From a phage, in the sequence record PV357171.2: a stretch of DNA of 64,000 nucleotides; one strand, 5' to 3'. Positions 47,576 to 57,363 of the stretch are shown in pieces (the stretch's first letter is position 1; every line of letters starts with the position of its first letter). The notes beneath the pieces are model-generated. The model saw nothing but the letters and a program-made list of their open reading frames with translations. It was not told the DNA's origin and ran no database searches. The translations under genes and the position numbers were made by a program.

Positions 47576-47884
47576 CTAGGCATTCTTGGCTTTGAGTTCT
47601 TCAGCTCGTTTCTGTACTTCATGTAAAACCTCAGATTCGCTAAGAATCTGTGTAAACGCATAGAAAAGCTGTGATGTTGTTTCTAGAGTGTAAGGAAAAG
47701 AGAAGCCAGATTTCGTTGGAAACCATTCATCATTAATATCAAGAAGCCAGTAACGAATACCCATGTATAGATTCCCACGAAATTCAGATACTGTTAATCT
47801 TACTTGTTCTCCCTCCTTCTCCCAAAGTATGATGGACTGGTCATCAACGTGTCCTTCATAGTTTTGATTTACCTGTTCGCTCAT
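47576..47884 (-). CDS. hypothetical early protein (102 aa)
   Basis: ORF track. Confidence 0.4.
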   Translation of the reverse strand: MSEQVNQNYEGHVDDQSIILWEKEGEQVRLTVSEFRGNLYMGIRYWLLDINDEWFPTKSGFSFPYTLETTSQLFYAFTQILSESEVLHEVQKRAEELKAKNA

Positions 47885-47905
47885 TTACATATCCCAAATA
47901 CACAA

Positions 47906-47926
47906 AAAGCCCCATATAGGGGCTAA
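47906..47926 (-). terminator. stem-loop GCCCC-ATATA-GGGGC plus U-tract on minus strand
   Basis: Read from sequence. Confidence 0.55.
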
Positions 47927-47934
47927 TTGGTTTC

Positions 47935-48231
47935 TTATCGGCCTACTGGAGAAGCACGATCTAACTCTGATTGGAGGCTAGTCACACGACGGACTTTCTC
48001 GACAGGAATAAAACGGAAGCTATCATTAGTGCGAGAGAAGACAAGGATTTCATCATCTTTCGCTTTACGAATACGTTCACGTTTAATACGCTCAGCTAGA
48101 TATTTATCTTGGGCTGGGTCAAATTCCATCGTACCCTGAAGGTACGTGGTTCCTTTCTGACGAAGTTTCTCGTAATGAAGATAAAACTCACCAAATTTTT
48201 CACATTGTGCGATAATTTCAGCTTTGGTCAT
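47935..48231 (-). CDS. hypothetical early protein (98 aa)
   Basis: ORF track. Confidence 0.4.
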   Translation of the reverse strand: MTKAEIIAQCEKFGEFYLHYEKLRQKGTTYLQGTMEFDPAQDKYLAERIKRERIRKAKDDEILVFSRTNDSFRFIPVEKVRRVTSLQSELDRASPVGR

Positions 48232-48267
48232 AACTGTGTTCCTTTTGTTGGTGGATTTATCTAAAAA

Positions 48268-48678
48268 TTACTTAGTGATAGCTCGGATTGCTTCTGCCAG
48301 ATGAGCAGCCGCTTTACCGGTCAGTTTGTCGATAATTGCATCATCCAGAAAATCTGGTGCTAAGCCAGCGTCAGAGAATGCTGCGCGAAGGTCGGCATGG
48401 GCTTGAGCTTTGGAGGTACGAGAACCACCGGAAGCTTTTTCTCCAGTAGATGCGCTAGATTTAGAAGTAGAACCAGCAGCTTTCTTGATATACAAACCTG
48501 CTTTAGTCAGCTTCATACGAAAACCGTTCGGAGTTACACCATTTTCCTGGGCAATTTCGCTAACAATTTCCATGCTAACACCCGGACGTTCATCCTCTGG
48601 GAATTGCTCCATACGAGCAACATATTCGGAAGACATTTTTTCAAACAGTTCATCAGTCCACTGAGTTGGAGTAGTCAT
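48268..48678 (-). CDS. hypothetical early protein (136 aa)
   Basis: ORF track; promoter at 48736..48764. Confidence 0.4.
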   Translation of the reverse strand: MTTPTQWTDELFEKMSSEYVARMEQFPEDERPGVSMEIVSEIAQENGVTPNGFRMKLTKAGLYIKKAAGSTSKSSASTGEKASGGSRTSKAQAHADLRAAFSDAGLAPDFLDDAIIDKLTGKAAAHLAEAIRAITK

Positions 48679-48735
48679 ATTTTATATTTCCTTAATTAAG
48701 AATTAAACAGAATAGTTCTTTCAAACTATGAGAAT

Positions 48736-48764
48736 ATTATATCAAGAATTATAGGATTAAGCAA
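48736..48764 (-). promoter_or_regulatory. T5-type early promoter (TTGCTT-17-TATAAT)
   Basis: Read from sequence. Confidence 0.55.
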
Positions 48765-48784
48765 CTGAAATTTTTCGGTAACTG

Positions 48785-49045
48785 CTACACATCTAGCTCA
48801 ACAATCTCCCAATCATCCGCTAGAGCTTCGTCTAGAGTTAATTCAACCTCTTCATCACTAGGCAGCAGCGTAGTATCTGAAGGCATCCACACATATTGGC
48901 GTACAGTATTGCTGTCTACATCAAATTTCAATAGTACAGTATACTCTTTATTATTTTCCCAGCTATCCCGCTGGAGATACTTTACATCTCCATCTTTAAG
49001 CAAGTCTGTTAGCTTACTCACGGCGTTTTCCTTTTTCTTTATCAA
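48785..49045 (-). CDS. hypothetical early protein (86 aa)
   Basis: ORF track. Confidence 0.35.
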   Translation of the reverse strand: MIKKKENAVSKLTDLLKDGDVKYLQRDSWENNKEYTVLLKFDVDSNTVRQYVWMPSDTTLLPSDEEVELTLDEALADDWEIVELDV

Positions 49046-49718
49046 GTTTCAGGGCAGCCTTAACAGCTTCGTTAATCAACGAAATTACTTCTTCCCGGGT
49101 CCATTTATACCCTAGAGATTTTACATCAACCCCCAGCTTTTCCAGATGTTTAACAGAGGCCAACTCGTAATTCATATAATGGACGTTCTGTTGTTTGCCT
49201 TCTGATAGGAGCCATACACGGTAACAACCAACAGGATTATCCATTGCTTTTTTGATTTCACCGATACACTGGTATCCAGGAACCCAAACAAGTTCACCAA
49301 CTGCAAATTCTTCTGCTACAGCATCATCAGGAATAATTGGAGGATTCAATGGATCTACAATATCGTTCAAACGAAGCAGAGCACCATATCGTTCCAGAAC
49401 AGATTTAACCATTGCTACAGAGCGGTAATTACGATCGGCAATTTCTTCAAAAGAATCACCAGATAAATACTGCTCAATAACGTTAGCTAACTCAATACCT
49501 TCAATGAGTGTGCCACGTTTCTTTTTCTTCATTTCGGCAACTTGAATCTGGCGGTCTTGCCATTCTTCAATCATCCTTTCCATAGTTGGATTGGATGATA
49601 CGCCGAGCATTTCACATGCTGCTTTCTTAGTACCACCGTTCTCCAGATGCTCTATAACTTTTTTAAAGACTTCATCCGGGATTTCATGGATATGTTTCTT
49701 TCTGCGAGAACCAGCCAT
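49014..49718 (-). CDS. early protein with N-terminal HTH-like region, transcribed from PN25-type promoter
   Basis: 234 aa; SD GAGAGAGGAG; first gene after promoter. Confidence 0.45.
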   Translation of the reverse strand: MAGSRRKKHIHEIPDEVFKKVIEHLENGGTKKAACEMLGVSSNPTMERMIEEWQDRQIQVAEMKKKKRGTLIEGIELANVIEQYLSGDSFEEIADRNYRSVAMVKSVLERYGALLRLNDIVDPLNPPIIPDDAVAEEFAVGELVWVPGYQCIGEIKKAMDNPVGCYRVWLLSEGKQQNVHYMNYELASVKHLEKLGVDVKSLGYKWTREEVISLINEAVKAALKLDKEKGKRRE

Positions 49719-49749
49719 ATTTAAACTCCTCTCTCAAATTTATGAATCT

Positions 49750-49778
49750 ATTATACAGAAAAATTTTCCTGAAAGCAA
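49750..49778 (-). promoter_or_regulatory. T5 PN25-type strong early promoter (TTGCTT-17-TATAAT, AT-rich UP region)
   Basis: Minus-strand sequence AAAAATTTATTTGCTTTCAGGAAAATTTTTCTGTATAATAGATTCATAAATTTGAGAGAGGAG matches the published PN25 promoter as I recall it. Confidence 0.8.
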
Positions 49779-49786
49779 ATAAATTT

Positions 49787-50245
49787 TTAATTTGGATAGA
49801 GTTCGGACTTAAAATTAGCCCTAACTTTTTTAGCCTCTTCTATAGTATTGCACTGCTGGTACTTACGAATAGATCCTTTCTGCATTAGCACACAATATTT
49901 ATCGCCCCTCATGTAGATATTAGGCTCGCCCAACTTATTGTCTTTACGCACATTAATATTGTGCATTTGCTTAGATCTATTGGAGTCTTCTAAATTCTCT
50001 ATAAAGTTGCAATCTTTAATCCTGTTTTTGTGGTCTATCTCTTCTGGTATGTACCCCTTATGATATAAGAATACCAGCTGATGCTCTCCCCAGTGCCTAC
50101 GCTTAAACCCTATTCTTATATACCCTTTATGTTTACCCCCGGCAAACTTACCTACTAGACTCTTCTGTCTTGTTTTCTTCCATTTAAGATGGCCTGTTTC
50201 AGGATCATACTCAAAAGCCTCTCTAACCTCTTCCTGTGTTATCAT
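49787..50245 (-). CDS. HNH homing endonuclease
   Basis: YDPETGHLKW N-terminal motif; EIDHKNRIKDCNFIENL HNH core. Confidence 0.7.
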   Translation of the reverse strand: MITQEEVREAFEYDPETGHLKWKKTRQKSLVGKFAGGKHKGYIRIGFKRRHWGEHQLVFLYHKGYIPEEIDHKNRIKDCNFIENLEDSNRSKQMHNINVRKDNKLGEPNIYMRGDKYCVLMQKGSIRKYQQCNTIEEAKKVRANFKSELYPN

Positions 50246-50457
50246 TTTCTTTAATCAATTCTCCTAATTCTCTATAGATTTGATCTAACTCAAAAGATAT
50301 ACGTAGTGATATGCTTTGCTTTCTCTGCTTTAGCAACCATGCGCCTATGCCATTTATGGATGCTAGTCTAGCAGGAACCACCCTACATAGCTTCTCCGAA
50401 GTATCATAAACAGGAACTTTGCGTTCTTTTACTGGAAACTTCCTTGTTTCCCATTTT

Positions 50458-53244
50458 TTATTCTTCACTGTCATTTCTAGCACCTAGCTCTGACATTGCT
50501 TCCTCGTGCATCTGACGTTCTTCCTCTGTCATGAATTTGAAAGGAATTGGCATACACTCGATTTTACAATAGGTTCTGTACCAGTCTACGATATTCTCCG
50601 TGTTCATATCTTTACCAATACCCATCATACCAAGATACATTCTAGCATATTTTGGGTTAGCACTCTGACCTGTTTTAAGGAAGAAATCTTTCTTCTTACC
50701 TTTCAGAGCTTCTATGAAAGGTTTGATAGTGACATTTGAACACTTCTTAATATCTTCCCAGAACATCTCATGCATCTTATGGAAGAATGCAGCTCGATCA
50801 TTCGGCTTATCTTTGATATATTGTTCAACATGCTCAACGGTTACATCTTTAATAGACTCCAGATGATAATAGCGAACAAGAAGTAGTTTAGCTTCATACG
50901 CATCCGCATGACGTGGAGCACAATAATCAGGAGTTGAGTGCAGAATAGCTTTGATTCGCTCTTCTGTATACTCTTTACCAGCACCTTCAATAGTTCCCCA
51001 GCTTTCACTGAAAATATCAATAGTTGCACCCTGATCAAGTAAGTAATAACGTAAAGTACTAGTATAGTTCCTAGATTCCAGCTCCCTGCGACGTGCGTAT
51101 AATTGCTGTGCTAACTCCAGCCAACCCTCATCAATATTATATTGTTCAGAACCTGCGGAGAATCCACTAGTGGATTTATCAATAAAATAATAGATATTCT
51201 GAGCACCACGGTCGCGCCTGATTGCTTGGAAACGCATGTTTGGCGCTTGATTACTGGTTCTAGTAATAACAAATACGTTATCAAAATAGTTGAAGTCAAC
51301 TCCACTCGTTACGGATGGACTACATAATAAGCAATCAATTTGTTGATCAATTAGCTCATTAGTTGTATAATCCAGAATACGTCGAATATCCACATCTGAG
51401 GTAGAGTTTGAATGGATTTCCTTAACTAACGCACCCGTATTACGACGCAGTGCCATACCCTTCTCATTCAGTTCATCCGGTCCACAGTCAGATACTAGGA
51501 TAGATTTTTCACCCATCTCTAGAGATGTCTGAAGTGCAACCCAAATACTGGATTCATCCGGGAACTCATAAGCATGAGCTTTTGATAGCATTTTACGGTG
51601 ATGATTATAGAATGCAACTGGTTTATCGAACTCAATCAAAGAACCATATGCTTCAATTGTTTCAGCACTAATATCACCATCTGATAGTATAATGATTTTT
51701 GCAGTTGCAAGAATATCACGAAGAACCTGAATACACTCACGACGTTGTTTAACAACCGGGGCGAATAATAGGTCATTCATTACTGCATCACATTCATCGA
51801 TAAAGATTGCATCAATTTGACCAATAAAACTCTTGAACTTATGCAAAGAGTGAATAGTTGTGGACATACGGTCAATAGCACCACGCTTAAAATTAAGCAT
51901 ATCTACAGACTTATCATATTGTCCTGCACTAAATTTCTTGGCATTTGAAGACACCAGTGCTCTAGTATTGGTAATTGCTAAGAAATTACCTTTAATAACT
52001 CCTGAATCCAGCCAACGAACAACAGCCGTTGTTTTACCTGTGCCTAGACTTGCTTTTACAAAAGTCATATAGCCTTCTGGTGGTACAGTATTTAATTTCA
52101 AGAAGTTGTCGGTCTCTAGTGAATTAGTTTCTAGCTTTTTAAGTGGAATACCTTTTAAAATATCCGGTATATCACGTTTAGAATTATTAACAAACGCTTT
52201 CAGAGCCTGCTTACGACCGTTGTTAAAGTAATCTTGAATATTACGACTATTATCTTTAGTTGCAATATATTCTGATAAGGCTGGACGGATTTCTTTTTCT
52301 AGCCATGCGAAGTCAACACCATCCTCTAAAGCTCTGTGATAGAGTTTAGGTATGATACGTAGGTACACTCCATCCTCAGCTTCTTCTAGTTCGCTGATAG
52401 TTTCCTCTACTTTATCAGAGGCAGCTTTTTTACCTTTAATTTGATCGAGTAAAGAGTAAAACTCCTCTTTAAACTCACCTCTAGTTGTTTCATAATCAAC
52501 TAGATTATTGGGTAAGTTTACCTTAGAACCCTTAACAAATACCAGACGTGAAGCACCCTCCGCTTTAAACGGATCTACTATACCATCATTAAATAACGGA
52601 TCTGCAAAATAATGGAGCTGTACGGAAGAGTAATAAGCTAAGTCGGCAATATCAAAGCCATACTTTTGTCTACTACTTTCGTTGATAGATGTAAATAAGA
52701 ATTTGATTTGACCCTGAGTCACTTTAATATTAGATTCTAGTATTAAGTGCATTCGGATACCTGGTTTTAGCCCGGCCGAAGACGATGCATGAGCGATAAA
52801 CCCTGCATCAAGAGGAAACATATCCTCACTAATACTATTTAACATTCTAATAATATGTCGAGCCATGCCAACAAGATCAAACTTGTTACAACCACCTGTA
52901 TCTACAATACCATCCACGTCCATTGCGATTATATGACTTGGGTTAGATACATTAAAGTTGCCCTTCTTACGTCGCACATTATTTTTAGGTGCAAGACATC
53001 GACCTCGTACCGCAACGATATGAGGGTCAGACGTTAAACGTCTCATAAGAGGAAGCATTTCTACTAGGGTTTGAGGATCAACTTCATCAATTACATCAAA
53101 CTTGAAGGGCATTGAAGCTGGTTTACCTTCAGGATGCTTTGAGGAAAATCTTTTAGCAAAAAGATAATCTTCTGCTTTAACTTCTCGCCAATTACCTGTG
53201 GCTAAATCGCGATGAAATCCTGCATGACCTTGTAGGATTGAGAA
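50458..53244 (-). CDS. putative replication initiation / origin-binding helicase-like protein; start trimmed to GTG with SD AGGAG
   Basis: Walker A GTGKT and Walker B IFIDECD in central region; ~930 aa; track ORF start (TTG 53325) lacks RBS. Confidence 0.5.
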   Translation of the reverse strand, partial: FSILQGHAGFHRDLATGNWREVKAEDYLFAKRFSSKHPEGKPASMPFKFDVIDEVDPQTLVEMLPLMRRLTSDPHIVAVRGRCLAPKNNVRRKKGNFNVSNPSHIIAMDVDGIVDTGGCNKFDLVGMARHIIRMLNSISEDMFPLDAGFIAHASSSAGLKPGIRMHLILESNIKVTQGQIKFLFTSINESSRQKYGFDIADLAYYSSVQLHYFADPLFNDGIVDPFKAEGASRLVFVKGSKVNLPNNLVDYETTRGEFKEEFYSLLDQIKGKKAASDKVEETISELEEAEDGVYLRIIPKLYHRALEDGVDFAWLEKEIRPALSEYIATKDNSRNIQDYFNNGRKQALKAFVNNSKRDIPDILKGIPLKKLETNSLETDNFLKLNTVPPEGYMTFVKASLGTGKTTAVVRWLDSGVIKGNFLAITNTRALVSSNAKKFSAGQYDKSVDMLNFKRGAIDRMSTTIHSLHKFKSFIGQIDAIFIDECDAVMNDLLFAPVVKQRRECIQVLRDILATAKIIILSDGDISAETIEAYGSLIEFDKPVAFYNHHRKMLSKAHAYEFPDESSIWVALQTSLEMGEKSILVSDCGPDELNEKGMALRRNTGALVKEIHSNSTSDVDIRRILDYTTNELIDQQIDCLLCSPSVTSGVDFNYFDNVFVITRTSNQAPNMRFQAIRRDRGAQNIYYFIDKSTSGFSAGSEQYNIDEGWLELAQQLYARRRELESRNYTSTLRYYLLDQGATIDIFSESWGTIEGAGKEYTEERIKAILHSTPDYCAPRHADAYEAKLLLVRYYHLESIKDVTVEHVEQYIKDKPNDRAAFFHKMHEMFWEDIKKCSNVTIKPFIEALKGKKKDFFLKTGQSANPKYARMYLGMMGIGKDMNTENIVDWYRTYCKIECMPIPFKFMTEEERQMHEEAMSELGARNDSEE

Positions 53245-53782
53245 CACAACAATACTCCTGTGTTGGAAATGAAATAAGTTTTCTTTAGGACTATTCAGAA
53301 AGAATAGAACAACTGTTACTGTCAATTTCTCAACAAATTAATCGCAAATACTGAAGTGGGGTGGCAACTTCCACTTTCACGCTACACTGCCGCTTCACTA
53401 TACCGCACAAATCCTTGAGGATGGCCGCTAAGCCAGATTTGCTCACCTAATGCTTCATGTACTAGCTCATACTAGATGCAGTATACCTTACGTCATCACT
53501 TCTCAGAGTTTTTCACTCTTCCCGTCTCACTTCACAACCACCTCACACTAGGTTGCTTCGAGGCCTTACCAGGGTTCCTACGGGGTGTAGATCGCTAAGT
53601 ATTCTATTAACTATTTGTTTAAAAACTAACACGTAACAGTTAAAACAACCCTTAATGGGGCAGCCTAACTGTTCCGTATCGCGGATTGTAAACAAGAAAA
53701 ATTAGCAAAATCAGTTTTTACTAATGTCTCTCAATTATGGGAATATTATACTATAAAATAATACTCCCTTGCAAATGAAATT

Positions 53783-54238
53783 TTACTGGATTGATTCCCT
53801 ACCGTATAATTGACCTCTAAACATCTTGGCCATAGAACATGCAACCTCATAGTTATCATATGTTCCTTTAACTATACGTTTACGGTTAATAGTAAATACT
53901 ACTTGCCAGTTCTTACTACCAGAAGGGTAAACATGCATTCCTTTCTTATACTTGATATTTCTTAGATTACCGGATACTGTCTGCTCTCTAAGATTTTCAA
54001 TACGATCATCACCTTTTACAGTATTCACATGATCTACTAAATCAGGTAAGTATCCGTGATGCATTAAGAAGATAGCTCTGTGTCGGAGCATAGTTCTACT
54101 CCCTAGAGAAATACGGTAATAACCATTTCCCGTTGAAACACAACATTCCTTGCCTGCATTTCTTCCTGTAGTTCTAAATAATTTTCCATCTTCATATCGG
54201 AAATTATCTAAAAGTTCCTGTTGTGTGAGCGACATCTT
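53783..54238 (-). CDS. HNH homing endonuclease; start trimmed to ATG with SD GGAGG
   Basis: DLVDHVNTVKGDDRIENL HNH core. Confidence 0.65.
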   Translation of the reverse strand, partial: KMSLTQQELLDNFRYEDGKLFRTTGRNAGKECCVSTGNGYYRISLGSRTMLRHRAIFLMHHGYLPDLVDHVNTVKGDDRIENLREQTVSGNLRNIKYKKGMHVYPSGSKNWQVVFTINRKRIVKGTYDNYEVACSMAKMFRGQLYGRESIQ

Positions 54239-54374
54239 TACCTCCAATACATATATTATTACATAATCCACCCAATTTGTCAATGACAATTTATTCATAC
54301 TGTCAATTAACTGGAAAGATTATATAATAATCCGAGCCAAAATGACTCGGTAGTCAGAGTTCAGCTAATAAAAA

Positions 54375-54767
54375 TCATTCATCATTCAGACCTGGAACAT
54401 AGATCCCAACATGGTTTAACTGTTCTTTAGCTTCTTTGAGAATATCTGGAGTGTACTCCCAAATATCATCTTCCACCTGTAAAAGATGGGGCGAACAACC
54501 ATCATCAGGCATACGACATATAGCCAAACCACGTGGATGGAACAAAGAGAAATTTAGGGCAACAATTAAACCCATAGCAGACAACTCATTCCAATCCAAT
54601 TCCCATTCCCTAGCGTAGCCTGATAGGAAAACACCAATACAGGGATCGTCTATTTGCTGCTCCGGAAAAGTGAAGGAGGCTTGTCTTACCCCCAACCAAC
54701 GTTGTAGCAGCTTCTCCGCACGCTTCACCAAACTAGGATCAATCTGACGCCAATATACTTGTTCCAT
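54375..54767 (-). CDS. hypothetical protein, member 2 of tandem paralog pair
   Basis: Shares PCIG...MGL.(V/F)ALN...LF.P motif block with 54777..55205. Confidence 0.45.
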   Translation of the reverse strand: MEQVYWRQIDPSLVKRAEKLLQRWLGVRQASFTFPEQQIDDPCIGVFLSGYAREWELDWNELSAMGLIVALNFSLFHPRGLAICRMPDDGCSPHLLQVEDDIWEYTPDILKEAKEQLNHVGIYVPGLNDE

Positions 54768-54776
54768 TCTGCCTCC

Positions 54777-55205
54777 TTAAGCAGTTAAATCTGGGATCAT
54801 ATACCCGAAACGTCGAAGTTTCTGAATCCCCTCATTTACTTCTTCCGGTGAATAAGACCAACCATAACGTTCATTAACCTGAAAACCAGGAGATTCACTA
54901 GTTTTATAGTTAACAACTAGGCGATGCTTAGCAGGCATAAACAGCTTATAATTTAACGCAAAAACTAAGCCCATTTCATCTAACTCTTTCCAGCCTACAA
55001 TCTCTTCAAGACCCTCCTCTACCTGAACAATTAAACCAATACAGGGGGCCTCATCAATATCATCTTTAAAAGCAAAGGAGATTTCATTATTCTCACACCA
55101 TATTTTCAAGGAGTTAATAGCCTCATTATACAGGCTAGCTGGGAGAGTACGCCAAAAGTTAATCAAAATTGGATTAGCTTCTTTAGAGAATACATTATTG
55201 AACAT
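54777..55205 (-). CDS. hypothetical protein, member 1 of tandem paralog pair
   Basis: See above. Confidence 0.45.
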   Translation of the reverse strand: MFNNVFSKEANPILINFWRTLPASLYNEAINSLKIWCENNEISFAFKDDIDEAPCIGLIVQVEEGLEEIVGWKELDEMGLVFALNYKLFMPAKHRLVVNYKTSESPGFQVNERYGWSYSPEEVNEGIQKLRRFGYMIPDLTA

Positions 55206-55207
55206 AT

Positions 55208-55714
55208 TTACACCTTAAATTGTTGTAAGGATTTACACATTTCAAGATCTGGGCTAAATTCTAGCATATAGCTAACAGCTTTTAAATCTTGAAGATTTAT
55301 CCCAGTCCTACCGTTGACTATAACCGTTGGATACTGATACATCATAGCACCCGCATCATCAAGCACACACCAATGTTTGAGCTTATGCTTTTCAACGAAA
55401 CGAAGAACAGAATTACCCCTAGATAATCCACCCCCCGTAAAATCCGTTGTACCAAGAAAACGATCGATAAGACCTAATCCGGTCATAATCTGAACGTTCT
55501 CCATCTCATTTCTAACAGAGAACCAAGATGATACCCCAACAATCATTATCGGAGAAGGACGAATAAAATCCTGAAAAGCCTTGAGAAGCGGTTTGAAAAC
55601 CCAGTCACTTCCAAAGAAAATCTTTTCATTATCAGGTGCATGATGGTGGGAGATGCTCGAATTGAGCACCCCATCAATATCTAGAAAAATAATTGGAGTA
55701 TTACTTATTTCCAT
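55208..55714 (-). CDS. HAD-superfamily phosphatase-like protein
   Basis: Motif I FLDIDGVLN near N-terminus; 168 aa. Confidence 0.5.
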   Translation of the reverse strand: MEISNTPIIFLDIDGVLNSSISHHHAPDNEKIFFGSDWVFKPLLKAFQDFIRPSPIMIVGVSSWFSVRNEMENVQIMTGLGLIDRFLGTTDFTGGGLSRGNSVLRFVEKHKLKHWCVLDDAGAMMYQYPTVIVNGRTGINLQDLKAVSYMLEFSPDLEMCKSLQQFKV

Positions 55715-55883
55715 TTTTGTTCCTTTCTAAGAACGTATCATACTCAACCGTATCAACATATATGACGCCATAGTCATCGGATTTATAGTCCATTTCCCAT
55801 AACTCACATCGATAGCACCAACTACCATCTGCCCATACAAATATATCATCGGGATGTGTATATACAGATTTAACTATGGACAT
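55701..55883 (-). CDS. hypothetical small protein (60 aa)
   Basis: ORF track; coupled in operon. Confidence 0.3.
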   Translation of the reverse strand: MSIVKSVYTHPDDIFVWADGSWCYRCELWEMDYKSDDYGVIYVDTVEYDTFLERNKNGNK

Positions 55884-56706
55884 ATCTGTTTACCTTGCTT
55901 CTCGACACATAAGGTCTACCCTCTAAATGAGCTTCTACACGAGCAATAAAATCAGGATCACTGAAAGCATCTACCGCACCTTTACTCCAGTAAGGGATAC
56001 CACGTTCTTCCAGCTGGTACATCTCACTACGAGTCATACCTTGATAGCCCGGTTCTGCCGCTAGGCCACTATCATAGTAGTTAACAACCATAAGTTTCGC
56101 AGCAGTCAAATTAAGAACAGGAAATAATTCCCAGTAGAAGTTAATTACTTGGTTAGAGCAACCAACCACAATGATCATATCTTGACTGGTAATACCATCA
56201 AAAACATTATACATTTCTGCGTATGCAGGAGCATGTTCTCCAAAGAAGATTACATTAGGTTTAACCCATTTATAATCATCTGGATCAATAGAATTATACC
56301 CTACATCAATAATCCGTTTATTGCTACTATTGTAGCTATCAGCTACAACAACCTCTTTTAAATATCCGTGAATGTGCAGAATGTCACTATGTGGAACACC
56401 AGCACGCTCAATAAGGTCATCAACGTTGGTAGTCAAGTTTACTACTTGACCTGGGTATTGTTTATACCATTCACCAATACGCAAATGCGCAAGATTGGGT
56501 TCAACAGTTTTTAGCTCTTCACGACGCTTGTTGTAAAACATATGGGTTTTATGATAAAAATTACCACGAAAGGCATGAATATTACATACTTCTTCTAGAT
56601 CATAATCATCCCACAATGCTTTACCACTAGCAGTATCAGTACGGAAGGCTCGTACACCACTTTCAACGCTCAAACCTGCACCGCTAATAATAATTAATCT
56701 ACGCAC
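55870..56706 (-). CDS. Sir2-family (sirtuin-like) NAD-binding protein
   Basis: GAGLSVESG...FR, TTNVDDLIERAG and HIHG motifs in sirtuin order; no zinc CxxC pairs seen. Confidence 0.6.
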   Translation of the reverse strand: MRRLIIISGAGLSVESGVRAFRTDTASGKALWDDYDLEEVCNIHAFRGNFYHKTHMFYNKRREELKTVEPNLAHLRIGEWYKQYPGQVVNLTTNVDDLIERAGVPHSDILHIHGYLKEVVVADSYNSSNKRIIDVGYNSIDPDDYKWVKPNVIFFGEHAPAYAEMYNVFDGITSQDMIIVVGCSNQVINFYWELFPVLNLTAAKLMVVNYYDSGLAAEPGYQGMTRSEMYQLEERGIPYWSKGAVDAFSDPDFIARVEAHLEGRPYVSRSKVNRYVHS

Positions 56707-56900
56707 TATACGATTCCTCGCTTAAATCCTTCGATAATATTTCGGAGTAAAATTGCTTCCTCCGGGCGTACCTTTTCTTGCTTAATAAGCATATCCAATC
56801 CAGCAATACAACTAGTTACACCAGCATTATAACCAGAGTTCCATTGCTCAATGAGCATGTTTTCTAGATTACTTTTTAGATTCTGATTCAAGAAGTCCAT
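56706..56900 (-). CDS. hypothetical small protein (64 aa)
   Basis: ORF track. Confidence 0.3.
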   Translation of the reverse strand: MDFLNQNLKSNLENMLIEQWNSGYNAGVTSCIAGLDMLIKQEKVRPEEAILLRNIIEGFKRGIV

Positions 56901-57072
56901 AAAGTCTCTCCTCTAATTCCATAATACGATTTTCATAAGAGGCACGCAACTTTTCAATTGCCAGCGCACGCACTGTAACCTCATTAGAGTTAATAGCTAA
57001 TTGGGCCAGATCTTCTGTTTCCATACGTCCGTTGTAAATTAAGCGATATTTAAGATGTTTTACGTTTTTCAT
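56869..57072 (-). CDS. hypothetical small protein (67 aa)
   Basis: ORF track. Confidence 0.3.
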   Translation of the reverse strand: MKNVKHLKYRLIYNGRMETEDLAQLAINSNEVTVRALAIEKLRASYENRIMELEERLYGLLESESKK

Positions 57073-57081
57073 TCTTGTTCC

Positions 57082-57363
57082 TTAGTTCTGTACTGTAAAT
57101 TCATTCTTATCACAGTGAGCGTAATAATACCCATACATGCGATAAATTTTCACAGCCTTAGTAGACCCCTTCGATTCTTCATAATCAATCCAGAGCCACT
57201 TGTCTTTACCTACATAATGTACCCGAAACTTCTTAACTTTCTTATCATTCCATGTTGCAACAACACGACGATAATCAAATCCACCCAACCAATCTAGAGC
57301 CTTACGTTCTTCACTAGGCCCTCCAAGATGGGAGACATCTACTTTAGGAAGCAACTCGCTCAT
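57082..57363 (-). CDS. hypothetical early protein (93 aa)
   Basis: First gene after early promoter; SD GAGAGGAG. Confidence 0.4.
   Translation of the reverse strand: MSELLPKVDVSHLGGPSEERKALDWLGGFDYRRVVATWNDKKVKKFRVHYVGKDKWLWIDYEESKGSTKAVKIYRMYGYYYAHCDKNEFTVQN

Noticed and set aside
50223-50483. 86-aa ORF overlapping both the HNH gene start and the replication gene end
   Set aside because: Overlaps two better-supported genes; possibly an alternative upstream start region of the HNH gene, but no independent support.
53326-53782. Possible tRNA gene(s) in the ORF-free segment
   Set aside because: I could not identify a convincing acceptor stem/T-loop (GGTTCGAATCC-like) pattern by eye; left as an open finding rather than an RNA gene call.
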